From NCBI RefSeq assembly GCF_001194135.2, contig NC_068989.1:47029482-47084903 (forward strand): a DNA stretch of 55,422 bases, in the 5' to 3' direction. Under the pieces are notes generated by a model. That model saw only the letters and a program-made list of their open reading frames with translations. It did not search any database and was not told the origin of the DNA. This DNA comes from Octopus bimaculoides (Eukaryota). Position numbers and translations under genes: made by a program. Each line of letters opens with the position of its first letter. Position 1 is the first letter of the stretch. Positions 23,410 through 35,382 of this stretch are shown here, piece by piece.

Positions 23410-23620
23410 TTATTTGATAACCGGTTGATCTAGCAAGCATGGCGTCGTATCAGTGAGGGGAACCGGTGCGCAATGATGCCGTCGAGGGGTAGGCCCCGAA
23501 ACGGAACGCTTTCTCTTTTGATGACCCCATACACTTGCTGACTTCCGGAATGCGGAGCTTCCGACTGGCAGCACTTGCATGTGCAAGTTGTTCGCAAAAC
23601 ATCTATAAGTCTTCATTTAT
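23410..23620. promoter_or_regulatory. CpG-rich, non-repeat promoter-like island (candidate)
   Basis: Locally GC/CpG-rich; contains ETS-type ACTTCCGG and YY1-like AAGCATGGCG. Motif inference only. Confidence 0.25.
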
Positions 23621-23699
23621 GTTTTGATCAAGTTATAGAAAAAGTTATTTTTCATTAAGATTTCAAATCTTACTCCCCTTCTAAATAATTACTTTCAAA

Positions 23700-23905
23700 T
23701 TTTTAAAGTTTGGCACTTGGGCTGCAATTTCGGGAGAGGATAAGTCGATTAGATCGATCTCAGTGCTTTATTAGTACTTATTTTATCGACCCTGAAAAGA
23801 ATCAAAGACAAAGTCGACCTCGGCGGAATGTGGACTCCGAATGTAAGGACAGGCGAAATGTAAAGACGGGCGACATATTAACGATTCTAAAAGAATGGAG
23901 CCGTC
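23700..23905 (-). mobile_element. SINE family C (diverged)
   Basis: agtcgattagatcgatctcagtgc...tttatcgaccctgaaaagaatcaaagacaaagtcgacctcggcggaat. Confidence 0.78.
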
Positions 23906-23929
23906 TTCACTTCTAAATTATTAATTATT

Positions 23930-23995
23930 TATTTATTTATGCGCCCCTTTTAAAGCCTAGCCAGGCTCATGGGTCCGGTTTCTATGCCGTATGTG
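23930..23995 (-). mobile_element. SINE family F, 3' tail only
   Basis: atgcgccccttttaaagcctagccaggctcatggg matches the tail of the 33654 copy. Confidence 0.8.
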
Positions 23996-24117
23996 CCGCT
24001 AAGTTACTAGAACGTAAATGATCAAGCAATTAAAGGGGGCGGAGGCGCAAACACAAAGACACGCATATCCATCTATTTATCGATCTATCTGTCTGTCTGT
24101 TTGTCTGTCTGTCTGTA

Positions 24118-24152
<35 letters not shown>

Positions 24153-24760
24153 TTGCCTGTCTGTCTGTCTGTCTGTCTATCTGTCTGTCTCTGTCTCTCT
24201 ATCTATCTACATACATACATACATACATACATACATACATACATACATACATGCATGCATGTATGTATATCTTTACCGGTCAGTGATTGTGAGTGACACT
24301 AGTAAGCGAAAACCGCGTGAAACCTTGTCAATAGCGCGCGCGAGTATAACTCTGTGTGTATTTGTTCATGTGAGTGAGTGTGTCTGTCGGGTGTTTTTTT
24401 TTTTTTTTTGCAAAATATTATTTTCAACTGTTTTGCTTATTATCTGCCATCCTGTTTGATGTTGCAATTGTTTGTCGTCATCGTCCCTGTTGTCATAGAA
24501 GTTGTTGTTGTCATCGAAGCGGTTGTTGTTGTTGTTGTTGTTGTTACTTTATGGCTTTGTCTGGTACGCAATATTACTTAGTTACTATCATTGTAATCAT
24601 AACAAGATGCTGTTACAAATACATCAATAGAACATCAGTTGATATTTAGTTAGTTATGTTAATATTGCAACCAATTTTATTCTCGTTTCATTGTTCGTCT
24701 CATATCAACACTATTATGATACATACACCTACGTACACGCACTCCACTCATATATATACA

Positions 24761-24816
<56 letters not shown>

Positions 24817-24932
24817 TATACATACATATNNNNNNNNNNNNNNNNNNNNNNNNNNNNNNNNNNNNNNNNNNNNNNNNNNNNNNNNNNNNNNNNNNNNNNN
24901 NNNNNNNNNNNNNNNNNNNNNNNNNNNNNNNA

Positions 24933-24969
<37 letters not shown>

Positions 24970-25679
24970 GTATATGTATATATATTTAATAATGGGCTGA
25001 GATAACTCGTCAAGTTACTTATAGTTTCGTGGAGGCAAAAATGCGTCCGTATCATCGGACGTGCTTCTGAATGGCCGAGCCAGTCATCTGTTTTTCGTCC
25101 ACGAAACTTTGAATAAGATAAGAGGTGTTAGGTGAATCTGTTGCTATTCCATAAATATAACTCCGTCTATGTGTTTAATGCGTCTTCCGTTCGTTTATTC
25201 ACTCAATCGTATGTGTGTGCGTATGTATGTGAGTGTGTTTGTGAGCGTTCTGTGTTTCCTGCTTTCACTAGAGTCCATTTAGCTGTAAAATAGATGCTAC
25301 ACATATGTAAACATTACCGATATAATCTGTTCGATTTCTTTGTCATCGACAAATAATCATTTTGTCTGTTTGATATATATATATATATATATATATACAC
25401 TTCAAACCCAAAGTGTGTATGTGTGTGTGTGAGTGAGTGAGTAAGTAAGATGGGGGAGGCGAAGAAACTAGAATGGTGTTTCTTGTTAATCACCGACAGA
25501 CAAATTTTCATCATAACAGACACATATTTTCATATCACATCCCCACAAGTTCATAATAGTATTTGCCGAATCTGAACAGATGAAAAGCAAGTTCAAATCT
25601 GGTGGGTATCTGAACTCGGGATGCAAAAATGTGCAGGGTTTAATACCTAAAGACATCATGCCCGATGCTTTACAGCTTT

Positions 25680-25968
25680 TTTCTTTCTTTCATTCTTTTA
25701 CTTGTTTCAGTCGATTGACTGTGGCCATGCTAGAGCACCGCCTTTTAGTTGAACAAATTGACCCCTGGACTAATTATTTGTAAGCTTGGTGCTTATTCTA
25801 TCAGTCTCTTCTGCCGAACCGTTGAGTTACAGGGATGTAAACACTCACAAGGCTTTGGTCGGCCTGAAACTATAGCAGAAGACACTTCCCCGAGGTGCCA
25901 CGCAGCGAGATTGAACCCGGAACCATGTGGTTGTAAAGAAGCTTCTTATCACACAGCCACGACTGTGC
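25680..25968 (-). mobile_element. SINE family B with central deletion
   Basis: 3' tail and 5' head joined at gtaaacactcacaaggctttggtcggcc. Confidence 0.85.
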
Positions 25969-26087
25969 CTGATCATATTTACTTAAAAATTTATTAGGGT
26001 TTGTCATTTAGGCACAGTCGATTGGACGGGTTTAGTCGATAACATCATCGACTCAGTAATTAGCAGGTACATTGCCTTAAACTTAAC

Positions 26088-26306
26088 TATTCCTTCTATT
26101 GTAGGCACAAAGCCTGAAAATTTACGGGGAGGGGGCTAGTTGATTATATAGTTCCTGGTGCACAACTGGTACTTTTTTTATTGAACCGAAAAGGATGAGA
26201 AGCAAAGTCGATTTCGGTGGAATTTGAACTCAGAACGTAAAGACGGACGAAATGCCGCTAAACATTTTGCCCGACGTGCTAACGATACTGCCAGCTTGTT
26301 GCCTTA
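26088..26306 (-). mobile_element. SINE family C, full length
   Basis: Head ttaaggcaacaagctggcagtatcgttagcac; centre and tail colinear with the other copies. Confidence 0.87.
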
Positions 26307-26398
26307 ATGATGATGATGATGACGATGACGATGACGATGACGACGACGACGACGACGACGATGACGATGACGATGACGATGATGATGATGATGATGAT
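26305..26398. repeat. (GAT/GAC)n trinucleotide tract
   Basis: Direct reading; source of the poly-Asp and poly-His/Arg ORFs. Confidence 0.97.
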
Positions 26399-26706
26399 AA
26401 GAGCACTCAGAGAGCGCAAACCTCCGCCAAGGCAACACCAACGTCCTCTCAATGATTAGCCAGGGATGATTTTTAAAATGAGAATATCTGAAATAAACTC
26501 GACTGCTCTCACAAACGAGACAGAACCTTTGTCCGATACCGGATCGATCCCCAAATCTAATCAGCTCGTGGCAGTCACGAGGCCAAACATCTCTGAAAGT
26601 TTCATCCGAATCCATCCATCGATTCTTGAGATATCATGTCTACGGACAAACAAACAAACACGACTGAAAACAATACCTTCGCTTTAGCGAAGGCGGAGGT
26701 AATAAT
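26397..26706 (-). mobile_element. Non-autonomous Helentron (DINE-1/HINE-like), copy 2
   Basis: Minus strand: tt-acctccgcc (5' subTIR), hairpin ccttcgc-taaa-gcgaagg, (GTTT)n, 3' ggcggaggt (subTIR partner), stem-loop gcgctc-tct-gagtgc then tt. Confidence 0.7.
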
Positions 26707-26922
26707 CCTTTCTACGATAAGCACGAGGCCTGAAATTTGGGGGAGGGTGCTAGACGATTACATCGACACCAGTACACATCTGGTACTTATTTTATCGAGT
26801 TCGATAGGACGAAAGGCAAAGTTGACTTCGGCGGAATTTGAATTCAGAAGGTAACGCCGGACCACATGCCGCTAAAACATTTTGCCCGGTATGCTAACAA
26901 TTCTGCCAGTTCGTCGCCTTAA
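26707..26922 (-). mobile_element. SINE family C, full length
   Basis: aaggcgacgaactggcagaattgttagc head; agaaaggattatt tail abuts the Helentron-like element. Confidence 0.87.
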
Positions 26923-27396
26923 GTGTATTAATAAGCTCTGAATGCAAGAGTGCGTGTCTCAAATAAAGAGACCATTTTGTTCGGAATAAAAGACATTGAT
27001 GAAAATGCTATTAGAGGATTATTGTTATTTAATCTCACCATATTACATAAAGCATATTACAAATGTTGTTTATTAACTTTCATCAAAGACTGTCTCGACT
27101 TCATAGAGATAGCTTATATTTTATAACAACTGTTTGATGTGTTCATTTTGGTTGCACAAACTGTGCTCTGTGTCATCTACGCATGCGCATACGATATGCA
27201 TGCACATACGTATGAGGTGCCTACACACGCATACACACACACATACAATAACAACCAACACACACGCTTGTATATACGTACTTGCGTAAGAATTAATATA
27301 TTCAATGCATACATATTTACTGATATTCAAGCTTGTTTTTGTTCTTTTGTATTATGTATGCATGTCTATATGTTATATGTGTGTTGTGTGTGCATA

Positions 27397-27448
<52 letters not shown>

Positions 27449-27855
27449 GTGTGTGTGTGTGTGTGTATGCGCTTGTATGTGTGTGTATGTTAAAGTACAT
27501 ACTTATAGAGGAAACTGATAATTACTCTTACACACGCTCACACACATATACATGCACACACAAATATGAATGTATAGTGAGAGAAAGAGAGTGAGAGCAC
27601 TATTGGTATATGTACATATATTTATCTCTATTTCCGACAGGAAACAATTTTCCTGGCCCATAGCCATACGTAACTGTATGTGCGTGTGTGTGTGTGTGTT
27701 TGTGTAGGTAGGTAGGTAGGTAAGTGTGTGCCTTTAGATGTGTGTGTGTGTTAACTCTACATATATACTTGTATATATTTGTGTATAACAATCGGTAACA
27801 TATCTCTGTAACAGTCTTGTTGTACATCCGACTCCCACCATTTAAGCGCTCTTAA

Positions 27856-27952
27856 TTGCAGGCGGCAGAGTCGTTAGAGTGCCGAGGAGAATGTTTAGTA
27901 TTTATTCTAATATTCGCTGTTTCGAATTCCTCCGCGGGCGACTTTACCTTTT
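27856..27952 (+). mobile_element. SINE family C, 5' fragment
   Basis: aggcggcagagtcgttagagtgccg...cgactttaccttt. Confidence 0.55.
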
Positions 27953-28389
27953 TATGTTGTTTTTTCATTGTTCCATGTGGATAAATATATCTGTGATACG
28001 AACACACTAACCGCTAAACTACGGTCTTTCATATATGAATATATGGTATTCTAGACGTGACTAACATTTCTAAAGTGATGAAGTAGGAACAATACAATTT
28101 GTTGCAGGCTTTGGTTGGCATCACGTAGCAAATTTCCAGCAAATTTCTTTTAATACCGATTCAAACAGTTAGACTATATTGCTATAATTATAGAGATAGA
28201 ACATATTTTTGATAACGACACGTTGAGATTAACTCTGTTCTTCTATTAAGGAGCTCTGTTGATTTAGTTAATATCCGGAATATTTTCTCACTGCAGGGAT
28301 TTCAGAAAGTTCTTCCGTTAATATATTTGTGGCTGAAGGCCAAAATATAGCATGAAGTATTTTTAAAAATTTGTGTTTTTCTTCTTTAG

Positions 28390-28438
28390 TTGCCATACAT
28401 AAATCAACAGGGCTGTTAGGTTTATTCGTATTTGCGAG
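28390..28438 (+). other. Candidate 49-bp exon (unassigned)
   Basis: Acceptor tgtttttcttctttag, donor GAG|gtatgt; single open frame AIHKSTGLLGLFVFA. No recognised homology. Confidence 0.2.
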
Positions 28439-30107
28439 GTATGTCCTGTTCTTGCCGTAGCATCCGACAATACGCAATTGTCACTATCAATCATCGTTGA
28501 ATAAGAATTTCCTCCAAGCATAAATGTCTGAGTAATTATATGTAAAGAGGCTTGAGTTAGCATGCACAATATATTTACATTTACACAAACCCTAGGTACT
28601 GAAGCTCTTTTGAATCTCGCTGTAAAGTTATTCTCTAAGTAGACATTTAAAGATGCAACTGCTTGATTCTATCTTTCTCTTTCTCTCTCCTCTGTTTCTC
28701 TTCCTCTCACTGTCTCTCAGTCTCTCTCTCTCTCTCATCCTCTTTTCTCTTCCTCCGCCATGCTATATTTGTGTGAATGCATGTGTGCATATATAACCAT
28801 ATGGGTGTGCGTGTGTGCGCGTATATGAGCATATGTATGTGTATGCGTGTACATAGATATATATGTGCATTTTGTATGTGTATATATAATATTGTGGTAA
28901 TATATATATGAATATATGCTTATATATATAGGTTTATATGTACATATATAAAAAACATGCATATACATGCGTGCACATATATGAATGCATGCACGTATGT
29001 ATGTATGTATGTACGTAGGTATGTATGTATGTATTTATGTATGTATGTATGTATGTATCTATGTATCTATCTATCTTTCTATCTATCTATTCATACATGC
29101 ATATCTCACTGTATGTATATATATGTGCACATTTGTGAATGCAATTTCGCTGGCATTGATATNNNNNNNNNNNNNNNNNNNNNNNNNNNNNNNNNNNNNN
29201 NNNNNNNNNNNNNNNNNNNNNNNNNNNNNNNNNNNNNNNNNNNNNNNNNNNNNNNNNNNNNNNNNNNNNNNNNNNNNNNNNNNNNNNNNNNNNNNNNNNN
29301 NNNNNNNNNNNNNNNNNNNNNNNNNNNNNNNNNNNNNNNNNNNNNNNNNNNNNNNNNNNNNNNNNNNNNNNNNNNNNNNNNNNNNNNNNNNNNNNNNNNN
29401 NNNNNNNNNNNNNNNNNNNNNNNNNNNNNNNNNNNNNNNNNNNNNNNNNNNNNNNNNNNNNNNNNNNNNNNNNNNNNNNNNNNNNNNNNNNNNNNNNNNN
29501 NNNNNNNNNNNNNNNNNNNNNNNNNNNNNNNNNNNNNNNNNNNNNNNNNNNNNNNNNNNNNNNNNNNNNNNNNNNNNNNNNNNNNNNNNNNNNNNNNNNN
29601 NNNNNNNNNNNNNNNNNNNNNNNNNNNNNNNNNNNNNNNNNNNNNNNNNNNNNNNNNNNNNNNNNNNNNNNNNNNNNNNNNNNNNNNNNNNNNNNNNNNN
29701 NNNNNNNNNNNNNNNNNNNNNNNNNNNNNNNNNNNNNNNNNNNNNNNNNNNNNNNNNNNNNNNNNNNNNNNNNNNNNNNNNNNNNNNNNNNNNNNNNNNN
29801 NNNNNNNNNNNNNNNNNNNNNNNNNNNNNNNNNNNNNNNNNNNNNNNNNNNNNNNNNNNNNNNNNNNNNNNNNNNNNNNNNNNNNNNNNNNNNNNNNNNN
29901 NNNNNNNNNNNNNNNNNNNNNNNNNNNNNNNNNNNNNNNNNNNNNNNNNNNNNNNNNNNNNNNNNNNNNNNNNNNNNNNNNNNNNNNNNNNNNNNNNNNN
30001 NNNNNNNNNNNNNNNNNNNNNNNNNNNNNNNNNNNNNNNNNNNNNNNNNNNNNNNNNNNNNNNNNNNNNNNNNNNNNNNNNNNNNNNNNNNNNNNNNNNT
30101 ATTATAT

Positions 30108-30445
30108 GAGACTCCCCCTTCGATCATGACTGACCATGGGATTGCATCTAGAAAGTTACCCTCCCAGGCACAAGTCTGGGCAAGGTTGTTTATGGAAGAC
30201 CAGAAGTCACCCATGCATACCAGTCTCCCCTCTCCACACCACTGATGTTATCCAAGAGAAAGACAAAGGCCGATACATCTTGGTACCTGTGACGTCGCAA
30301 CTCATTTCTACAGCTGAGTGAACTGGAGCAACGTGAAATAGAGTGTCTTGTTCAAGAACACCACACGCAGCCCGGTCCGCGATTCGAACTCACAATCTCA
30401 CGATCGTAAAATCCACGCTCTAACCACTGATCCATGCGCCTTCAC
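30108..30445 (-). mobile_element. SINE family E, full length
   Basis: Reverse complement starts gtgaaggcgcatggatcagtggttag (A-box), gagttcgaatcgc (B-box-like); full body to the gaagggggagtctc tail. Confidence 0.92.
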
Positions 30446-30719
30446 ATATATTTGTTTATATATGTATATACGTACATGTATATNNNNNNNNNNNNNNNNN
30501 NNNNNNNNNNNNNNNNNNNNNNNNNNNNNNNNNNNNNNNNNNNNNNNNNNNNNNNNNNNNNNNNNNNNNNNNNNNNNNNNNNNNNNNNNNNNNNNNNNNN
30601 NNNNNNNNNNNNNNNNNNNNNNNNNNNNNNNNNNNNNNNNNNNNNNNNNNNNNNNNNNNNNNNNNNNNNNNNNNNNNNNNNNNNNNNNNNNNNNNNNNNN
30701 NNNNNNNNNNNNNNNNNNN

Positions 30720-30755
<36 letters not shown>

Positions 30756-31618
30756 ATGTATGTATGTATGTATGAGTAATGTTTGTTCAAAGTGAGGCTC
30801 AGTGAGCCAATACTTGGTAGTCCTCGTTCTCGATACTCAGATCCGATGATCAAAATTGAGAAATTCCGTGCAACGTGTTTATATGTCTGTGTGTGTATGT
30901 ATGCAAGTCTGTGTGTGAGTGCGTGTTCGCACGCGTGCCTAGTATTTTAACGTTACATTCCTATTTCTTGAAATTGTGCATGATGTAACGTCATACTGCA
31001 CCATGATACGTTAAATGCGCTGAAGCTCGAATGATATTCCCAATCAAGGATACCCGTCAGTATATACTGACTGCTACAGATCATTGTCAGTTTAAATTAA
31101 TTGGTTAATCAAAAAAGTCATCCTAAAAATAGAGGTACTTTAAAATTGGGATCTAAAAATGTTCAAGCTGACAAGTATAGCAAGCCAATTCCGTCTGGAT
31201 ATTATCAGCATGGACTCTCGAGACGGAAGGATTTCGCTTTTGGGCCCTTCGTGATATGGAAGTGAGAAGTTTTCTCTCAGAAATCTACGGTGCTTTCTCT
31301 TGGGTCTCCGGGTCCCGCACCTAGTGACCGACTAAACAGGGCTTCACGTAGGCCTCAGTCTCTCTCTCTCGCGCGCGCGCACGTAGTGTTATACATGCAC
31401 TCATATATGATTTTGTTTTACGTCGTTTTTCGAGTTAAGTTGCATGTCTTGAGACCCGATGTAATCCATTATTGTTTCTTCGCGTTGCTTAAGACAATAA
31501 CTTTAATTATCTCATCATATGCTACAGTTAATTTGCTTCATTGCATTCTAATAATACTTTCTTGAGGGAAGGCTGTGATCCTGTACCACGATATAAAATC
31601 CTTTAGTCTCAGCTACTA

Positions 31619-32462
31619 CAGGGTATCCGAGATAAAGTTTACGACTTTTTATGTATCCTTTTTTCAGGAACAGCTTGAGGTATGGGTAAACTGTAAACAT
31701 CATTGAAGACCATAAAGATTAAAGTTGCATTTGAAAAGAAGTTAGCTGACATGGAGGACTGGAAGCCATCTGAATACTGGAAATGAGTTACTTGTATCGT
31801 GAAGATTCGCGCCGGGTATTAAAATGCCTTACATCATCATTGTTGCTCAATGCTCTATGAACACTGTAAATGCTGTAAGACGTGATATGGACAGCTGCAA
31901 TGAGGTATACGAAGCCATGGCCAGTAGGAAGGGACACGGAAGGTGCTCTGACTTCATCCGTACGTGGGAACTCGTCCCCACATCTTTGAACAGAACCTTA
32001 GGATCGATTTAGACGGTAACGTAAAGCTGCTGGAAACTGTTGTCAATCTTTGGCTGGAGAGGATTACTGCTAGAAGGCCATATGTGTGGCTGCAGGATGT
32101 GGCTCCTTGCTGTAATTCTGGAAAGAGTGAGAAGTGGTTGTTGAAGAATTCCTCCAACTTCACCAGCCTCAATATCTGGCCACTGATTCTGCCGGTTGTA
32201 ATCCCTTGGATTATTATGTGTAGGGAAAGACACCAACCGCTCTACATACAACACCAAGGCCGAGGTGGTGGCCAAGAATAAGGTGTTCAAATATCTTCCC
32301 AGGGACACAGTGAGGAACGCATGCGCCAGGTTCCGGAGTCGTCATGATGCCGTGGTGGAAGCTGAAGGCGGCTATTCTGAATAAACTGTTATCTCCCAGC
32401 CATAATCTAGTTGATATCTTTTGACTTTTTTAAAAACACTTTTATTTTTAGATGGAACACTG
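31619..32462 (+). mobile_element. Internally deleted DD37D/maT Tc1-mariner element with transposase pseudogene (31751-32384)
   Basis: TA|CAGGGTATCC left end; MEDWKPSEYWK*..IRAG..AQCSMNTVNAVRRDMDSCN..RKGHGRCSDFIRT, deletion, then PHIFEQ..RPYVWLQDVAPCCNSGKSEKWL..IWP/SAGCNPLDYYV*..ACARFRSR..VVEAEGGYSE*. 37 residues between the 2nd and 3rd Asp after correcting one frameshift. Right TIR degenerate. Confidence 0.85.
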
Positions 32463-33344
32463 AGTTTTCTTTCACTTTTATGCAAACTGTTAAGTTTAAC
32501 ACTATATTTCTACGTTTCCCAAACTGCCATGTTGTTTTTCTTTGTTTATTTCCTCTCCCTTCGTTTGCTTCTCGTGAATTGGCTACACAAGGAGTATTCT
32601 TACTATCGTTTTAGTAAGAAATTTTGTTGCTCCAATTTTTGTTATTTCACAGTTTCTATCGAGTCTCCTTTGGCTTCACAACTATCTATTATTTCATCTT
32701 GTGTTTCGTATTTATTATCTTTGGGGTTTTTTTAAATCGTATTTTGTAGTTATTTTGGTTAATTCCCCAATATTCTTTATAGAATATTTTTGTAGTCCTG
32801 CTGTAGAGATATTTTATTATATTCCTTTGTGTATCATAAGCACCTCATACACACACACCTCTTAGTATTCGCGTTAAATTTAATCTTTCTGTATCGGATT
32901 TTGTGTGGTCATTATTTAACAGATTATTCTGTCTGGTTAATTAATCTAATATTCAGTGGAGAATATTATAATTTATTACTAGCAAACGCAATTTATTTTA
33001 ATTTATCCGTGATTATTACCTAGTTTTTAAATATTTAGACTCGTTTTTAGAATTTATGCATTTAATGCATCTATAATATTTCTTCATACTTAAATATTTC
33101 TAAATTTAGTTTTGTTGCAATTCTTTCATCTCTGTTTCTTGATCTAAAATTATATTATTAGGACATCTTCAGCTTCCATCGTTCAGGGGTTGACGGAAAT
33201 GAATAAAAATAAATATAAATCCACTGAAGTTCTGGGTTCGATTTAATCAACTGAACCAACCTCAAATTTCAAAGCCTTCTACATTCCGTTAAGAATAAAT
33301 TGATAATGATATTAAAAAACCTATTGTAGTTAATTTCATATTTT

Positions 33345-33653
33345 GTAGTGCTGCGTTCTAAATACGCCGAGGGCGACTTTAACTTTCATCTTTTCTTTCT
33401 CGATAAGATAGAGTACAAGACAAATATTTGGATCGAAGTAATCGAGCATCCTATCCCCTAGAATTGCTAGCCTTACGCCAAAATTTGATGAGCTATTATT
33501 ATCGTTATTGAATCTTGCCCGCAGCGATTCATTTTAGGGCGCCGAGCTAGCAGAATCGCTAAGCATGCCGAGCGGAGTGTTTAGCGGCATTTCGTGGGTC
33601 TTTATATTCTGAGTTCAAATTCCGCCGAGATCGACTGTGCCTTTCATCCTTTA
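33345..33653 (+). mobile_element. Two tandem SINE family C fragments
   Basis: cgccgagggcgactttaactttcatc... and ggcgccgagctagcagaatcgctaagc...gactgtgcctttcatccttt; the second is cut by SINE-F. Confidence 0.75.
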
Positions 33654-33976
33654 AATAAATAAAAATAAATGCGCCCTTTTAAAGCCTAGCCAGGCTCATG
33701 GGCCCGGTTTCCCCGGTTTCAATGGCGTATGTGTTCCCCAGCTGGACGGGACGCCAGTCCATCGCAGCGTTACTCATTTTTGCCAGCTGAGTGGACTGGA
33801 GCAACGTGAAATGAANNNNNNNNNNCGTTACTCATTTTTGCCAGCTGAGTGGACTGGAGCAACGTGAAATGAAGTGTTTTGCTCAAGAACACAACGTGTC
33901 ACCCGGTCCAGAAATCGAAACCACAATCTTACGATCATGATGCTGACACCCTAACCACTAAGCCACGCGCCTCCAC
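33654..33976 (-). mobile_element. SINE family F (V-domain-like), full length with 13-bp TSD
   Basis: TSD CTTTCATCCTTTA at 33641-33653 and 33977-33989; tRNA head gtggaggcgcgtggcttagtggttag; cgatggactggcgtcccgtccag resembles the V-SINE domain. Confidence 0.9.
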
Positions 33977-34093
33977 CTTTCATCCTTTATGTATGTATAT
34001 GTATATATTAATTATATATTATAAATGGCGGTGCCCCAGCATGGCCATGGTGAGCTGAAAGTAGTTCAATTCAATCCAATACTACTACAGCAT

Positions 34094-34312
34094 AAGGCGG
34101 TGAGCTGGCAGAATCGTTAGCACGCCGGGCAAAATGGTTAGCGGCATTTCGTCCGTCATCACGTCCTGAGTTCAAATTCTGCTGAGGTCGACATTGCCTT
34201 TCATCCTTTCGGAGTCGATAAAATAAGTGCCAGTTGAACTCTGGGGGTCGATGTGATCGACTTATATCCGCTGCCTATATTGCTGGCCTTATGCCAAACT
34301 TTGAAATCAATT
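34094..34312 (+). mobile_element. SINE family C, full length
   Basis: taaggcggtgagctggcagaatcgttagcacgccgggc...gcctttcatcctttcggagtcgataaaataag. Confidence 0.9.
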
Positions 34313-34325
34313 ATACTACTACTGT

Positions 34326-34356
<31 letters not shown>

Positions 34357-34545
34357 GGTGTTTAATTTGTATGCAGTAAGCCATCCCAGTCAAACACCCC
34401 GCCCCTACTGACATTCAAGAACATTCTATGGAATTAGTTTTAAATTAACTCTGCTTTCCACGCCACAAACACTTGTTTAATCTCAGGCAAGATATTAAAG
34501 CATCAAGAAAACAAAGCCAAACAAAGAAACAGTCATATCACTCAC

Positions 34546-34619
34546 GAACGTCTATTTTCTGTTCGGTTCTCTGTCGTGACTTTCCGTCTTCTGGCTTTCT
34601 CACGACTTTCTCTGACGAT
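34546..34619 (-). CDS. Candidate 74-bp internal exon of an unidentified minus-strand gene
   Basis: Acceptor ctcattgattactttctatag, donor TTC|gtgagtga. Purine-rich non-repeat body. Two open frames: SSEKVVRKPEDGKSRQRTEQKIDV or IVRESREKARRRKVTTENRTENRR. Product not recognised. Confidence 0.4.
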
Positions 34620-35301
34620 CTATAGAAAGTAATCAATGAGTTAATTAATTTGTTAATTAAAAAGTAGCGGAGGTTAAGACACCAGATAAACACTTTTAGT
34701 AAGATTCTGAAATATATGCACTCATTTGCAATACGCCATCAAGTGCATTGTGTGTGTATACGCAAATGCACATGCGCACATACACACGCTGGCGTGCGCA
34801 CAGATTCGTAGTCACGCGCGTCTGCACACACATGCAAATGGACTGTATATAATATGCATAAAGTTTTCGTCTACACGAGTGCAGAACGACCAATTACATT
34901 TCGTACACACACACACACGCAAATTTATATCGGCGTGACAGTGTGGTAAAAAGTTTGTTTTCCAACCACAGGTTCTGGGTTCTGTTCCACTTGGGCATGT
35001 GTCTTCTACTATAGCCTCGGGACGACCATATAAACTAACATATGCGCGCGTGTATGTGTGGTGTCTCGATGTATTATTTTGTATTGTTGATCAAGGGGTA
35101 AAAAAACAACAAAAGCATTTACTAATGGTGGGACTCGATATATTTTAGTAGAGTAAAATTCATTGAAAATATTCGTTTGAATTGAAATTTTACGTTTCGC
35201 CTTTAGCGATTTATTCCTACTGGTATCAGCTGCTAAATGCGAAACTGATGTCCCGGTCACACGCGCATACACAAACACACACAAGCAAGCAACCAACCAA
35301 A

Positions 35302-35382
<81 letters not shown>

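Noticed and set aside
26252-26455. Poly-Asp ORF resembling an acidic biomineralisation protein
   Set aside because: Start comes from SINE-C, body from a (GAT/GAC)n tract, end from the Helentron-like element.
31669-31680. 12-bp micro-exon GAACAGCTTGAG with good splice sites
   Set aside because: Lies inside the maT element leader, so more likely transposon-derived than a host exon.
33768-33873. 48-bp direct duplication inside SINE-F
   Set aside because: The two identical copies flank a 10-N gap; typical unmerged contig overlap, so an assembly artefact.
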